Assembly: GCA_002438845.1 (NCBI GenBank)
Contig: DJRG01000042.1
Coordinates: 18,899 to 82,898 of the forward strand
Source of the DNA: Bacteroidales bacterium UBA6366
GTDB lineage: Bacteria; Bacteroidota; Bacteroidia; Bacteroidales; UBA932
DNA: 64,000 nt
Reading direction: 5' to 3'
Shown here: one piece after another, positions 41,801-50,240 of the stretch
Layout of the letters: every line of letters begins with the position of its first letter
How positions within the stretch are numbered: position 1 is the first letter of the stretch
Notes under the pieces: model-generated
What the model saw: the letters and a program-made list of their open reading frames with translations, nothing else
Told to the model about the DNA's origin: nothing
The model's database searches: none
Made by a program: the position numbers and the translations under genes

Positions 41801-41955
41801 TGACATCGAAGATGAAGATTCAGAATCTCCGTTTCTATGTGACAGCGACAAACCTGCTGACATTCACCAAAGTGCTGTCTTACAGCCCTGAAGTCACCGG
41901 TAATCTATACCCTGAAACCCAGCAGACTGTGTTTGGAGTTAACTTTTCTTTCTAA
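38887..41955 (+). CDS. susC: SusC/RagA TonB-dependent receptor
   Basis: TDLDGRF, VVVGYG, PLYIIDG, IEILKDAASQAIYGARASDGVILVTTK, RRDGSSRF, LKWE, terminal F. Confidence 0.97.
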   Translation: MSSLVKYFAAVILFSVSLLASGQTVQISGVVLEDSQSGALPVIGAGVKVKGTSNGAVTDLDGRFSLSAKEGDVLEVSCLGYRGVAVNVGKDNYYKIFIEPESMMLDQLVVVGYGSMKKSDLATSITSVNTEEMKIFPAATAAEMLRGRAAGVTVTSASGRPGSTPSIKIRGTRSISASNSPLYIIDGSVASDTEFAMINSDDIESIEILKDAASQAIYGARASDGVILVTTKRGKAGESTVTYNGYIGFQTLHKNFDYYTADEYLALRREAVANDMGVVDATTVPIATALADDIMAQVYKSGEYVDWEDLMFKKAALYHSHELSFKGGTDKLKAMASMGYFNQDGIMKVNSGYDRISSRVNLDYQVKKWLKLGANTSFGFSNREIENGAFYQFITRSPLSRIYDENGEYIPYINSNKDTNPAYSALHDTHDAKANSYRINAFADVTPFKGFTYRFNVSYYNRVNEEGHSRDSYYPNGGGSTASLLNTTNTQTLIENSIRYDVPIRNENHKLNITAVQSVDKSLRKTLGYSVANLPVDKTYNYIANGEVTGQQRAYSENNLVSFMARAQYNLMDRYLFNLAVRRDGSSRFGKDNKWGTFPSLAFAWRASEEKFLKDVHWVNNLKLRTSYGIVGNQNGIDNYATLGVAKPMPGEFGDTYYMGYLPGNDLPNQNLKWEQSGTANVGLDFGILDNRIFGTVEYYNTRTTNLLVSRALNASLGYNSMLDNLGETRTNGIDFNATFDIIRSEDLDWSVSTNISKFSGKIVKIDDTVDENGNYVSQPGNNWIIGAPVNIYYDYKADGVYQYDDFDVFSDKGSLTYKLKPTFDSDGDGVADSPLSRNDNVEPGSVKLRDVNGDGKINEDDRVVYKRDPDATFSLSTNLRWKGFDFFMDWYAVLGGYVLNPLMYDGEYGGDLRGRSNGMKVDYWTPYNPSNTAPRPKYGSEVPYMRTLAYQDASYLRLRTIQLGYTLPKKVTSKMKIQNLRFYVTATNLLTFTKVLSYSPEVTGNLYPETQQTVFGVNFSF

Positions 41956-41966
41956 AGAGCAAGACG

Positions 41967-43586
41967 ATGAAAAAGACATCCATAATAACAATTTCCGTGT
42001 TGGCCATGACCTTATTCGGATCATGTGACAACCTGCTCAACCTTGAGTCGGAGACTTCCGTCACCACGAATTATCTCAAGAATGACAAAGAAGGCCTGAA
42101 AAGATCCATCGCCGGACTATATGTCTATGAGAGGGACAACATTGTCGACAATTCCGACTCCAAAGGCATCGTGATTCTCCCTCAATTGTTCGACTTCAAC
42201 ACAGACATATTCCTGTTCAACGCAGGGAACTGGGCCTCTTTGGGCAGACTTACAGACCTGACCCCGGATTCAGGCGTCCTCGAGGATTACTGGAAGTTCT
42301 GGTATGCGATAGCTGGACGCGCCAACGAGATCATCGCTTCGGCCGAGAATCTTGGGTTGGACGATCCTGAGATCAATAAGATCCATGGCGAAGCCTGCCT
42401 TTTCAGGGCAAGGGCTTACTTCGAGCTCTGGAAGCGTTTCGAGAGAATCTATCTGAACACCGAGCCTACGGACGCGTCCAATCTGAACAGGACCTACAAG
42501 CCGGCGTCCAAGGACGAAGTCTTCACTCTATTGAAGAGCGACCTCGACGCGGCCATCGCCGCCCTGCCGTACGAGATACCTGTCTACAACAACGGAGTCA
42601 TGTACGGAATGTACACCAAGGCCACGGCCAAACACGTACGCGCGCAGGTGGCGATGTGGGAAGAGGACTGGGACTGCGTGATCACCCAGACAGAAGACAT
42701 CCTGAGGGACGCCAAAGGCATCACCGAGATGGAGAATGATCCTGCCGTGATCTTCAACTCCGAGGATCTGAGGTCAAAGGAAGTTCTGTACGCCTACCAG
42801 TTCTCGAAAAATACAGGAGGCGGTGGTGTGATCACGGGAACGACACTGAAAGGACATCCTGTTTCCGTCTATGTGACATCCAGATACTCAAGCGTGGACG
42901 GAGCTATCAGTTCCAGCGACCAAGGTGGTTTCGGCTACGGCAGAGACTACCCCAACCAGCATCTTCTTGACATGTACGGTCCCAAGGACAAGCGCCTGGA
43001 CTGTTACTTTGTAAGGAAGTTCTACTACAACGACCCGGCACGTCCCGAAACCTACGGGAAGGAGATCGTGCCAAAGAAAGACGCATCCTACATCGCCAAC
43101 CTGCACACGATGAGCAGAAAGCACGCCGACTTCTGGACGAACGCCGACGAGCCTGACCGGAAGACCAGCTTCAGAGATCTCATCGTCTACCGCCTTGCGG
43201 AAACCGTGCTGATGTGTTCGGAGGCATATTTCCACAAGGGAGACAACACCAACGCCGTGAAATACTTCAACATGACGTACGAACGTGCCGGAAACGACAG
43301 ATTCGAAGGGACTCTCACACTTGAGAATATTCTTGATGAATATGCCCGCGAACTCAACTTCGAGGGTGTCAGATGGCCTCTTCTGAAGAGACTCGGACTG
43401 CTCGGAGAATATTGTCGGAAATGGGAGGGTGAATCAATGGCCGAGAATCCTTATCTCAACAAGGACTTCACTTTCGCCCGGCAGAACTTTGTCATCGGAA
43501 AGCACGAATGCTGGCCGATTCCAAGCAATCAGATACTTCTTATGGGTGGATCCGACGTCTATCCTCAGAACAAAGGCTGGAACTAA
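41967..43586 (+). CDS. susD: SusD/RagB lipoprotein
   Basis: Lipobox FGSC; GEACLFRARAYF, YRLAET, EYARELNFEG, PIP..Q..QNKGW. Confidence 0.95.
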   Translation: MKKTSIITISVLAMTLFGSCDNLLNLESETSVTTNYLKNDKEGLKRSIAGLYVYERDNIVDNSDSKGIVILPQLFDFNTDIFLFNAGNWASLGRLTDLTPDSGVLEDYWKFWYAIAGRANEIIASAENLGLDDPEINKIHGEACLFRARAYFELWKRFERIYLNTEPTDASNLNRTYKPASKDEVFTLLKSDLDAAIAALPYEIPVYNNGVMYGMYTKATAKHVRAQVAMWEEDWDCVITQTEDILRDAKGITEMENDPAVIFNSEDLRSKEVLYAYQFSKNTGGGGVITGTTLKGHPVSVYVTSRYSSVDGAISSSDQGGFGYGRDYPNQHLLDMYGPKDKRLDCYFVRKFYYNDPARPETYGKEIVPKKDASYIANLHTMSRKHADFWTNADEPDRKTSFRDLIVYRLAETVLMCSEAYFHKGDNTNAVKYFNMTYERAGNDRFEGTLTLENILDEYARELNFEGVRWPLLKRLGLLGEYCRKWEGESMAENPYLNKDFTFARQNFVIGKHECWPIPSNQILLMGGSDVYPQNKGWN

Positions 43587-43598
43587 AAACATTTGAAA

Positions 43599-45218
43599 AT
43601 GAAAAGATTTGGACACATCATACTATTTGCCACAGCTGTTTTATCAGCGGCATGTGACAAGGAGGAGACCAAAGAGGATTTCTTCAATATTGATGAGACC
43701 GAGGTTCTCCTCACGGACTACAGCTCCGGATCCAAGGACATCCTCCTTGCGACGAACACTGAACCGACAGCGACACTTGAGGAGGTGGCCGAATGGCTGA
43801 CCGCCGAGATCACGCCGCGCTGTCTTTCGCTCACATATCAGGAGAACACCAGCGAAGAAGACAGGAGCGCCGAGGTTCACATTGCGGCCGGCAGCATCCT
43901 TGCCACCGTCACTGTCACTCAGCCTGGTCACAAAAAAGAACCAGATCCGGAACCGGAACCTGAGCCAGATCCTCTCTACAAGGTTCTCGATGTCTGGTAT
44001 CAGAACGGCCTCCCTGCCGGAATCGTATTCTGGGTTGCCGAGGACGGACAATCCGCGCTTGTCGTAAGCCTTGACAGAACAGCGACAACCGTGGCTTGGT
44101 CAACTGACGGATCGCATGTGATAGGCACAGGCGAGTCTGACGGAGCCGCCAACACAGCGCTGCTCCGCTCAAGCGAGGAAGCCGCCTCCATTCCAGCCCT
44201 CGAATTCTGTGACGCTCACGGAGATGGGTGGTTCTGGCCGGCGATGGACGAGATGAAGAAATTGTTCGAGGCCTACAACGGCACCGCGTTCGATGCAGCC
44301 ACCGCAGATAAGCCGTCTGCAATCACCCAAGAAGAGAAAGACGCCAGAGCCGCCTTCGAGAAGGCGCTCACCGACAATGGAGGAATCGCACTCAACACCG
44401 GCTCCGAGAACAGCAATGGAGACCAGTATTGGACAAGCACAGAGCAGACGGACGAGAAGACCGGAAAGGTCTATGCTTCGACAATGCGTTTCGGCAAGGT
44501 CTACGCGTCAACACCGGCCGACCAAATGGGCAAGACAAATGCCTCAAAGAGGTACGTCCGCTGCATGAAGCACGTGAGCGGAGAGCCGGAGAAACCTCTC
44601 CAGACCAAGTTCCCGGTCTACAAGGAAAACGGGAAGAATGTCGGGATCATCTACTGGACATCTGAGGACGGAAAGACATCGAAGGTTCTCAGCCTGACTC
44701 GGTCCGAGGATATTCCATGGTCCAACGCCGCGGCGCCGGCGTTCCTGAATGCGGTCAGCATGGACGACGGGGCCGCCAACACCGCCACGATCAAGGCCAG
44801 CGGCGAGGCCAAGGACATTCCTGCCATAGCGTTCTGCTCAAGTCTGGGCGAGGAATGGTACTGGCCGTCTTTGAACGAGCTTGTCGAGATATTCAATGTC
44901 TATAACGGAGTCGCATACGACCCTAACGTCAAGTCAAAGGTTCCAGCCGAGATTTCCGACGAGGAGAAAGAAGCCAGAGCCGCGTTCGACCTCTCGCTCA
45001 CCACATACGGAGGCACTGTGATGAACTCCGCGGCGGAGAACAAGAATGGCGAAAGGTACTGGGCCAGCACCGAATTACAGGATGCCAAGGGCACAGCCTA
45101 CGGGTCTTTCATGAGGTTCGGCAAGGCCTACATGTCTACCGTGGCCGACACTCCGGGCAAAGGCAAGAGCGGTGACGGGCGTTTTGTCCGCTGCATAAGG
45201 ACAATCAAGAACGATTAA
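43599..45218 (+). CDS. PUL surface lipoprotein: BACON-like domain, PE linker, two tandem homologous domains
   Basis: Lipobox SAAC; WL..ENTSEEDRSAEV..VTQ; repeated GI.FW, DGAANT, W.WP..E, YW.STE, FGK.Y, VRC. Confidence 0.8.
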   Translation: MKRFGHIILFATAVLSAACDKEETKEDFFNIDETEVLLTDYSSGSKDILLATNTEPTATLEEVAEWLTAEITPRCLSLTYQENTSEEDRSAEVHIAAGSILATVTVTQPGHKKEPDPEPEPEPDPLYKVLDVWYQNGLPAGIVFWVAEDGQSALVVSLDRTATTVAWSTDGSHVIGTGESDGAANTALLRSSEEAASIPALEFCDAHGDGWFWPAMDEMKKLFEAYNGTAFDAATADKPSAITQEEKDARAAFEKALTDNGGIALNTGSENSNGDQYWTSTEQTDEKTGKVYASTMRFGKVYASTPADQMGKTNASKRYVRCMKHVSGEPEKPLQTKFPVYKENGKNVGIIYWTSEDGKTSKVLSLTRSEDIPWSNAAAPAFLNAVSMDDGAANTATIKASGEAKDIPAIAFCSSLGEEWYWPSLNELVEIFNVYNGVAYDPNVKSKVPAEISDEEKEARAAFDLSLTTYGGTVMNSAAENKNGERYWASTELQDAKGTAYGSFMRFGKAYMSTVADTPGKGKSGDGRFVRCIRTIKND

Positions 45219-45241
45219 GAAGCTGTTCTGATTTTTGAAAA

Positions 45242-45324
45242 GTGATTGGTACACCAGAAGCCCCTCACGAGTACGAAACCACTTCAAAAAGGTGATTGGT
45301 ACAGTAGAGGGGCTTATCTTGTAC
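45242..45324. repeat. Two 50-bp-period units with GTAC-N18-GTAC dyad
   Basis: GTGATTGGTAC at 45242 and 45292; second GTAC at 45271 and 45321. Confidence 0.65.
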
Positions 45325-45352
45325 GGTATTGCCAGAAATCTTCTACGATAGG

Positions 45353-45805
45353 CTAAAGATCTTCATCAGTGAGGCCGAAGCGCTCTGCGATGTCATCGGG
45401 GATCTCACCGAGGTCGGTGTTGTAATCGATCTCATCCCAAGCCTCTTCCATGGCGCGGCGGTCTTTCTTGGTCGGGCGGCCGGCACCTGGGTCGCGACGG
45501 AGGAAGAATGTCTCTACGGGAGCCTTGAGTTTGTCGATTTCGGATTGAGGGGTCATGTTCTCGGCGTAGTCTGGTACCAGTTTCGCCCCGAGACGGTGAT
45601 CTGTCAACCGCTTTATTCTGTATGAATATTGCACCGCTCCCTTACGGATTTCCACCACCTCGCCGACCTTAAGCATTCTGGACGGTTTGGCGTTGACTCC
45701 ACCAATCTTGACCTTGCCACCCTTGCAGGCGTCCGTGGCCTCGGTGCGGGTCTTGAACACCCTGATGGCCCAAAGAACCTTGTCTATTCTTTCAATATCC
45801 GCCAT
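45353..45805 (-). CDS. hslR: Ribosome-associated heat shock protein Hsp15 (S4 domain)
   Basis: RIDKVLWAIRVFKTRTEA..AC, GAGRPTKKDRR. Confidence 0.92.
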   Translation of the reverse strand: MADIERIDKVLWAIRVFKTRTEATDACKGGKVKIGGVNAKPSRMLKVGEVVEIRKGAVQYSYRIKRLTDHRLGAKLVPDYAENMTPQSEIDKLKAPVETFFLRRDPGAGRPTKKDRRAMEEAWDEIDYNTDLGEIPDDIAERFGLTDEDL

Positions 45806-45815
45806 ATTCACAAAC

Positions 45816-46856
45816 CTAACTGTTCCATTCACGAATATGCGGATCCGGAGCCTCGTCCTCGACGAAGGAGCCCGGCTCGACCTCCTGATTCGTGTAGGAG
45901 TCCTTCACAAAACGCTTTTCCACAAGGGCTTCAAGCAGAATTGTCCCACTGGCTGCCGGAATAAGGAAGAAATCGTTCAACTCAGACGGCACAAGGATGG
46001 AATGCCCTGACTTCAATGAATATGACTCCACATTCTTTGCGCCTTTGTCACTCTCAACCGGAATCTGGACGGTCGCCTCTCCTGAAGCGCAGTAATAGAC
46101 AGCAAAACTGCCCGGCTGGTCGGAGAATATGTGAAGTCCGTCCTTCAGATTGAGTTTCGTGACCACAAACTCGGGGCACACAGCCAGTTTGTCTCCAGAG
46201 ATCGGTTCAGGAACATATTTCTTAAAATCAATCAGATCGAAGGCTTCCTCAAGAAGCAGTTCCTCTGAATCAGGTAGTTCCACACCCCAGTTATGGAGAT
46301 TGAACACGAGTTCGGAACTCTCGGCGATCTCGACGATCTTTAGCCCGGGACCGGCTGCGAAGACAGTTCCAGGCTTTATCAGAAAAGCTTCGCCCTTATG
46401 TGGCTCGACAATATTCAAGACTTCTTTAACCGTCCCTTCCTGACACCTCGCGTAGAACTCGGAGGGATCGATGTCACGGTTGAAGCCCAGCAGCAACTCA
46501 GAATCCGGAGCGGCCTCCTGAACGTACCAAAGGGCGGTCTTGCCGAACGAATCGTACCTTTCGGCGGCCACGTCATCAGAAGCGTTCATCTGAAGTGGCT
46601 GCCATGCCTTGACATCCATGACCTTCACCATCACAGGGAACTGAAGCCCGTAAAACTCGAAAACATCGTCTCCGACCACTCTCTCCAGATACGTCCCCAT
46701 AAGTTCGCTCAGGGTGTTTCCTCCGAACCAACCATTGTCGATCATCGAATCCTTGAAGCCAAGATCAGCGATCTGATAACTGACGTGCCCCCAAGGCACA
46801 TCTGCCCCCTCATCCACAAATCTAAGCGGGTAGAGTTTCCTATTATTGTCTTCCAT
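45816..46856 (-). CDS. Type I phosphomannose-isomerase-like protein, apparently catalytically inactive
   Basis: KLYPLRF, PWG, VGDDVFEFYGLQFPVMVK, GKTALWY: ManA scaffold with metal ligands replaced. Confidence 0.8.
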   Translation of the reverse strand: MEDNNRKLYPLRFVDEGADVPWGHVSYQIADLGFKDSMIDNGWFGGNTLSELMGTYLERVVGDDVFEFYGLQFPVMVKVMDVKAWQPLQMNASDDVAAERYDSFGKTALWYVQEAAPDSELLLGFNRDIDPSEFYARCQEGTVKEVLNIVEPHKGEAFLIKPGTVFAAGPGLKIVEIAESSELVFNLHNWGVELPDSEELLLEEAFDLIDFKKYVPEPISGDKLAVCPEFVVTKLNLKDGLHIFSDQPGSFAVYYCASGEATVQIPVESDKGAKNVESYSLKSGHSILVPSELNDFFLIPAASGTILLEALVEKRFVKDSYTNQEVEPGSFVEDEAPDPHIREWNS

Positions 46857-46874
46857 ATTCTTGAATATAATTCA

Positions 46875-49613
46875 CTATTCCGCACCGACCTGCGCCTTGA
46901 CCTTGGCCACGAAATCAGCCGGAATCTTTTCATAATTAGCGAAATCAGCGATAAGCGACGCCGTGTCAATCTTCTCCAGATACTTTCCTGCATTCTGAGG
47001 GTCCTCGTTAATGAAGCTGGCGCATTGCGCGAGGGCAAGGAACGGATCCGGAAGCATCATGTAGGCATCTACATATTTCCCGAAAATCAACTTGGCCTCA
47101 GGGGTGATGTCCATCATTCTGTGCATCAAGCATTTCTTTCCGTTCAGAAGATCGCGGTGCGAGGCGGAATATTCATTGAAAGAGAACTCAATCACAAGTT
47201 CTTCGGAGGCTGGTGTCTCCGGGAGGTAGAGGACAGCGGAGAGATCCGCTCCTTCGTACCCCCACTCGGCATTCTTTCCGGACACTTCCGCATTGTCGGC
47301 GGCGAAGCGGGAATATGGCACCTCAACACCATTCACCGTCACCTTCTCAGGAGCGAAAACACCTGCGAGAACAACCTGCACACGACGGTCATGGTCTATT
47401 CCGCGGTAATTTCCATGACGAGGGGCGACAGTGATTCTCAGTGAAGAAGCATCGGAAACCTTGCGGACAAGTGTGGTGGCATATTCAGTGCAGTACGCCT
47501 GCGTCGCGCCATCGTCCTCATAGACGGAAACTGTGCTCTCGCCATCGCCCGGAGCCACAAAGAGTTTCAACGTGTTATCCTTTTCCTGAAGCGACTTGAT
47601 CTTGTCCGAGGCCATGGGAATGACGGCACCAGCCTTGATGTAGTACGGGTTCTCGCTGACAGTATATTCCAAAGTGTCAACCTGGCCTCCTTTGAAGAGC
47701 GTTCCGGTGGCCGCATCGTACCAATCGTTGCCCTCCGGGAACCACATCACACGTTTGGCAAGTCCCGTCACTGAATCCGAAGGTTCGCAGACAACGGTCG
47801 CAAGGATGTCATTTCCAAAGAGATACTCCTGAGTGAAATCGTAGGCATGAGGCGCTTCTGGATATTCATAATAAAGAGGGCGACACATCGAGATGCCAGT
47901 GTCGTAGGCCTCGCGGGCGGCACCATAGATGTACGGTGAGAGGTCGTAGCGAAGTCTGACTGCCGCGCGCATCGCATCAAAATGATCCGGGAACACCCAG
48001 AACCGCTTCTCCATCGTCAAGTCCTTGGTAGAATGGGTCTTGAATATAGGAGTGAACACCCCGGACTGGAGCCACCTGGTGTACATCTCCGGGTCGGTCG
48101 CCTTGACCCCCTTAGGCTGGAGGTGGCCTCCGATGTCATGTCCCCAGTAACCGTACCCCACATTGGACGCTGTGGCAGTGAAATATGGCAGATAGCCGAG
48201 CACCCGCCACGATGCAATGCAGTCACCGGAGAAGCCGATCTGGTAGCGGTGGCTTCCTATGCCTCCCCAACGATGGTAGATCATCGGACGGCGGGCGTAT
48301 ATTCCCTGATCGGCGGACTGGCGCACCATGTCATTGAAGAAGGTGTAGTTCAGCCAGAAAGTGTTGTTGAGTCCGGGAATATACTTGCTGAACTTCCACT
48401 GCTGCCAGTCAAGCCACCAGAAGTCAACTCCCTGACGCTCGAACGGACGGATAACGGAGTTGAAATAGGCGTCAGCCCAGTTGATGTCATCCATCCGGAA
48501 CGGCACCGGAGCCTTGCTTCCGTCCGGATTGAGGTAGCCTTTCGGGCCGTCATATTCATCAGTTCTTGAGAGATAGTCTTTGACGAAGCGGTCGTAAGGC
48601 TCCTCGTAAGGTTGGATTCCAGATGCTGGGTGAAGGTTCAGCGTTGTCTTAAGTCCAAGATTGTGAAGGTCTTGGAGACAGTTAGCCGGATTAGGGAAAA
48701 GCTTCTTCTGCCAAGTGTAGCCCGTCCAGCCGATCCGCTGGCCGAACTCATCCTTAGGAGCGTTGCGCTTTCTCAGAGACCACGTCTCGTGCCAGTCCAT
48801 GTCCAAAACCATCACGTCTATCGGGATGTCAAGCGAACGGATCTCCTTTCCGAGCCCGACAAACTCGAAGTCTGAATATTGCCAGAAACGGCACCACCAA
48901 TAGCCAAGGGCATATTTCGGAGGCATCGGGATGCGCCCTCCGATCTTGGTGAAATCCGAGACAGCGGCCTTGTAGTCGTGGCCGTAGGCGAACAGGTATA
49001 GATCCTGCCTGTCTGTGGAATCGCGGTCGGCCACCCAAAGTTTCCAATCCGAGTCAACCGGCACAAACACCTGTCTATCAGACTCCTCAAGAACCGCCCA
49101 GCCGTCCCGAGAGACAACGCCTTTGTCGTACGGCTCTTTGGTCTTGACGCCATCACAGCCGTCAAGGGTTCTCGTGGTGCCAAGTAGGTTGCCGCTGTCA
49201 TCCATTCCAGGATGCCAAGCCACCGTTTTGACGCCCTTCCTTGCGGTGGGATCCACCATCCGGAACGTCACACTCAAATTCTTCCCGTCGAATTTATCGT
49301 TTCCTGAATATGTCAGAGTAAGATCCGAGGTCTTGATTGTCAGCTTTTTGCCAGCTTTTCTGACCGTATAGGCAGGAACAGGCAGTTTCCTGTTGACCAC
49401 ACCGAGGGTTGCCCTGTCCTCAAACTTTCCGTCAGCCGCCCATTCCATGCGCACCAGCCGGCTCTCCAGCACCGTGAACCTTGCGTTGTCCGAAACGACA
49501 ACAGCCCTTGGATCAGCCACCGGATCATCAACTACCCCCTGCGCCGAAGCCGAAAGCAACACCGAAAAGCACAATGCACAGATAGCCAAGCATTTCATAA
49601 TGACACGTCTCAT
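46875..49613 (-). CDS. GH31 alpha-glycosidase (WWLDWQQ subtype), secreted
   Basis: LGYWWCR, LDMDWH, GWTGYTW, GVDFWWLDWQQ, GFSGD, WGHDIGG; signal peptide. Confidence 0.93.
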   Translation of the reverse strand: MRRVIMKCLAICALCFSVLLSASAQGVVDDPVADPRAVVVSDNARFTVLESRLVRMEWAADGKFEDRATLGVVNRKLPVPAYTVRKAGKKLTIKTSDLTLTYSGNDKFDGKNLSVTFRMVDPTARKGVKTVAWHPGMDDSGNLLGTTRTLDGCDGVKTKEPYDKGVVSRDGWAVLEESDRQVFVPVDSDWKLWVADRDSTDRQDLYLFAYGHDYKAAVSDFTKIGGRIPMPPKYALGYWWCRFWQYSDFEFVGLGKEIRSLDIPIDVMVLDMDWHETWSLRKRNAPKDEFGQRIGWTGYTWQKKLFPNPANCLQDLHNLGLKTTLNLHPASGIQPYEEPYDRFVKDYLSRTDEYDGPKGYLNPDGSKAPVPFRMDDINWADAYFNSVIRPFERQGVDFWWLDWQQWKFSKYIPGLNNTFWLNYTFFNDMVRQSADQGIYARRPMIYHRWGGIGSHRYQIGFSGDCIASWRVLGYLPYFTATASNVGYGYWGHDIGGHLQPKGVKATDPEMYTRWLQSGVFTPIFKTHSTKDLTMEKRFWVFPDHFDAMRAAVRLRYDLSPYIYGAAREAYDTGISMCRPLYYEYPEAPHAYDFTQEYLFGNDILATVVCEPSDSVTGLAKRVMWFPEGNDWYDAATGTLFKGGQVDTLEYTVSENPYYIKAGAVIPMASDKIKSLQEKDNTLKLFVAPGDGESTVSVYEDDGATQAYCTEYATTLVRKVSDASSLRITVAPRHGNYRGIDHDRRVQVVLAGVFAPEKVTVNGVEVPYSRFAADNAEVSGKNAEWGYEGADLSAVLYLPETPASEELVIEFSFNEYSASHRDLLNGKKCLMHRMMDITPEAKLIFGKYVDAYMMLPDPFLALAQCASFINEDPQNAGKYLEKIDTASLIADFANYEKIPADFVAKVKAQVGAE

Positions 49614-49698
49614 AGTCTGAATGAATATTTTCGTACAAATATAATCAAAAAAGCGGACACCCATTGCTCAGTGTCCGTGTTGTTATTATAACGGCAAC

Positions 49699-49860
49699 CG
49701 CATAGAATCCCTGATGCAGGCCCGCTCCCCACAGTACCTCGCAACCGCCCACCACATCATCGACATTGACGGCCTGACCTTCGCCCAAATCGCCACGCTC
49801 ATCAAAGAGACCGTGGAACACAACATCTTAAATATCAAACAACGAGGCATTCACCTTTAG
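49699..49860 (+). pseudogene. 3' remnant of shikimate kinase (aroK-like)
   Basis: Translates RIESLMQARSPQYLATAHHIIDIDGLTFAQIATLI; in-frame stop upstream at 49642 and no P-loop. Confidence 0.6.
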
Positions 49861-49877
49861 TTAATATCGGCTAACGG

Positions 49878-50240
49878 ATGCAGTCATTCATGGCAGGAAT
49901 TCCTTATGACTTGGAGAACAAGACTGAGAAGCATTTCCAGACAATTATCTATCTTGTTTTCTCACTGCTCCGCTATTATATTCACAGCGAGGTGAAATCC
50001 GCCATCGGCCGGGCGGACACGGTCTGCCGCACACAGGACTGCGTCTATGTCTTTGAGTTCAAGGTGGACAGCTCCGCGGAAGTCGCCTTGAAGCAGATAG
50101 ACGATAAAGGATACCTTATCCCTTACAAGTTTGACACAACCAATGCCGCAAACAAAATGCGCCTGCTGAAAATCGGAGTGAATATCTCAACCGAAACCCG
50201 CACCATCGAGGGCTGGGAAATCGAAGAGGCATATTCCTAA
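49878..50240 (+). pseudogene. C-terminal PD-(D/E)XK nuclease fragment of an AAA-ATPase-like protein
   Basis: IPYD..EKHFQ, SEV.SAIGRAD, VFEFK, ALKQI..KGY, KIGVN; the N-terminal AAA domain is absent. Confidence 0.75.

Noticed and set aside
43938..43973. EP/DP hexamer repeat as a phase-variable SSR
   Set aside because: In-frame, synonymous-diverged proline linker
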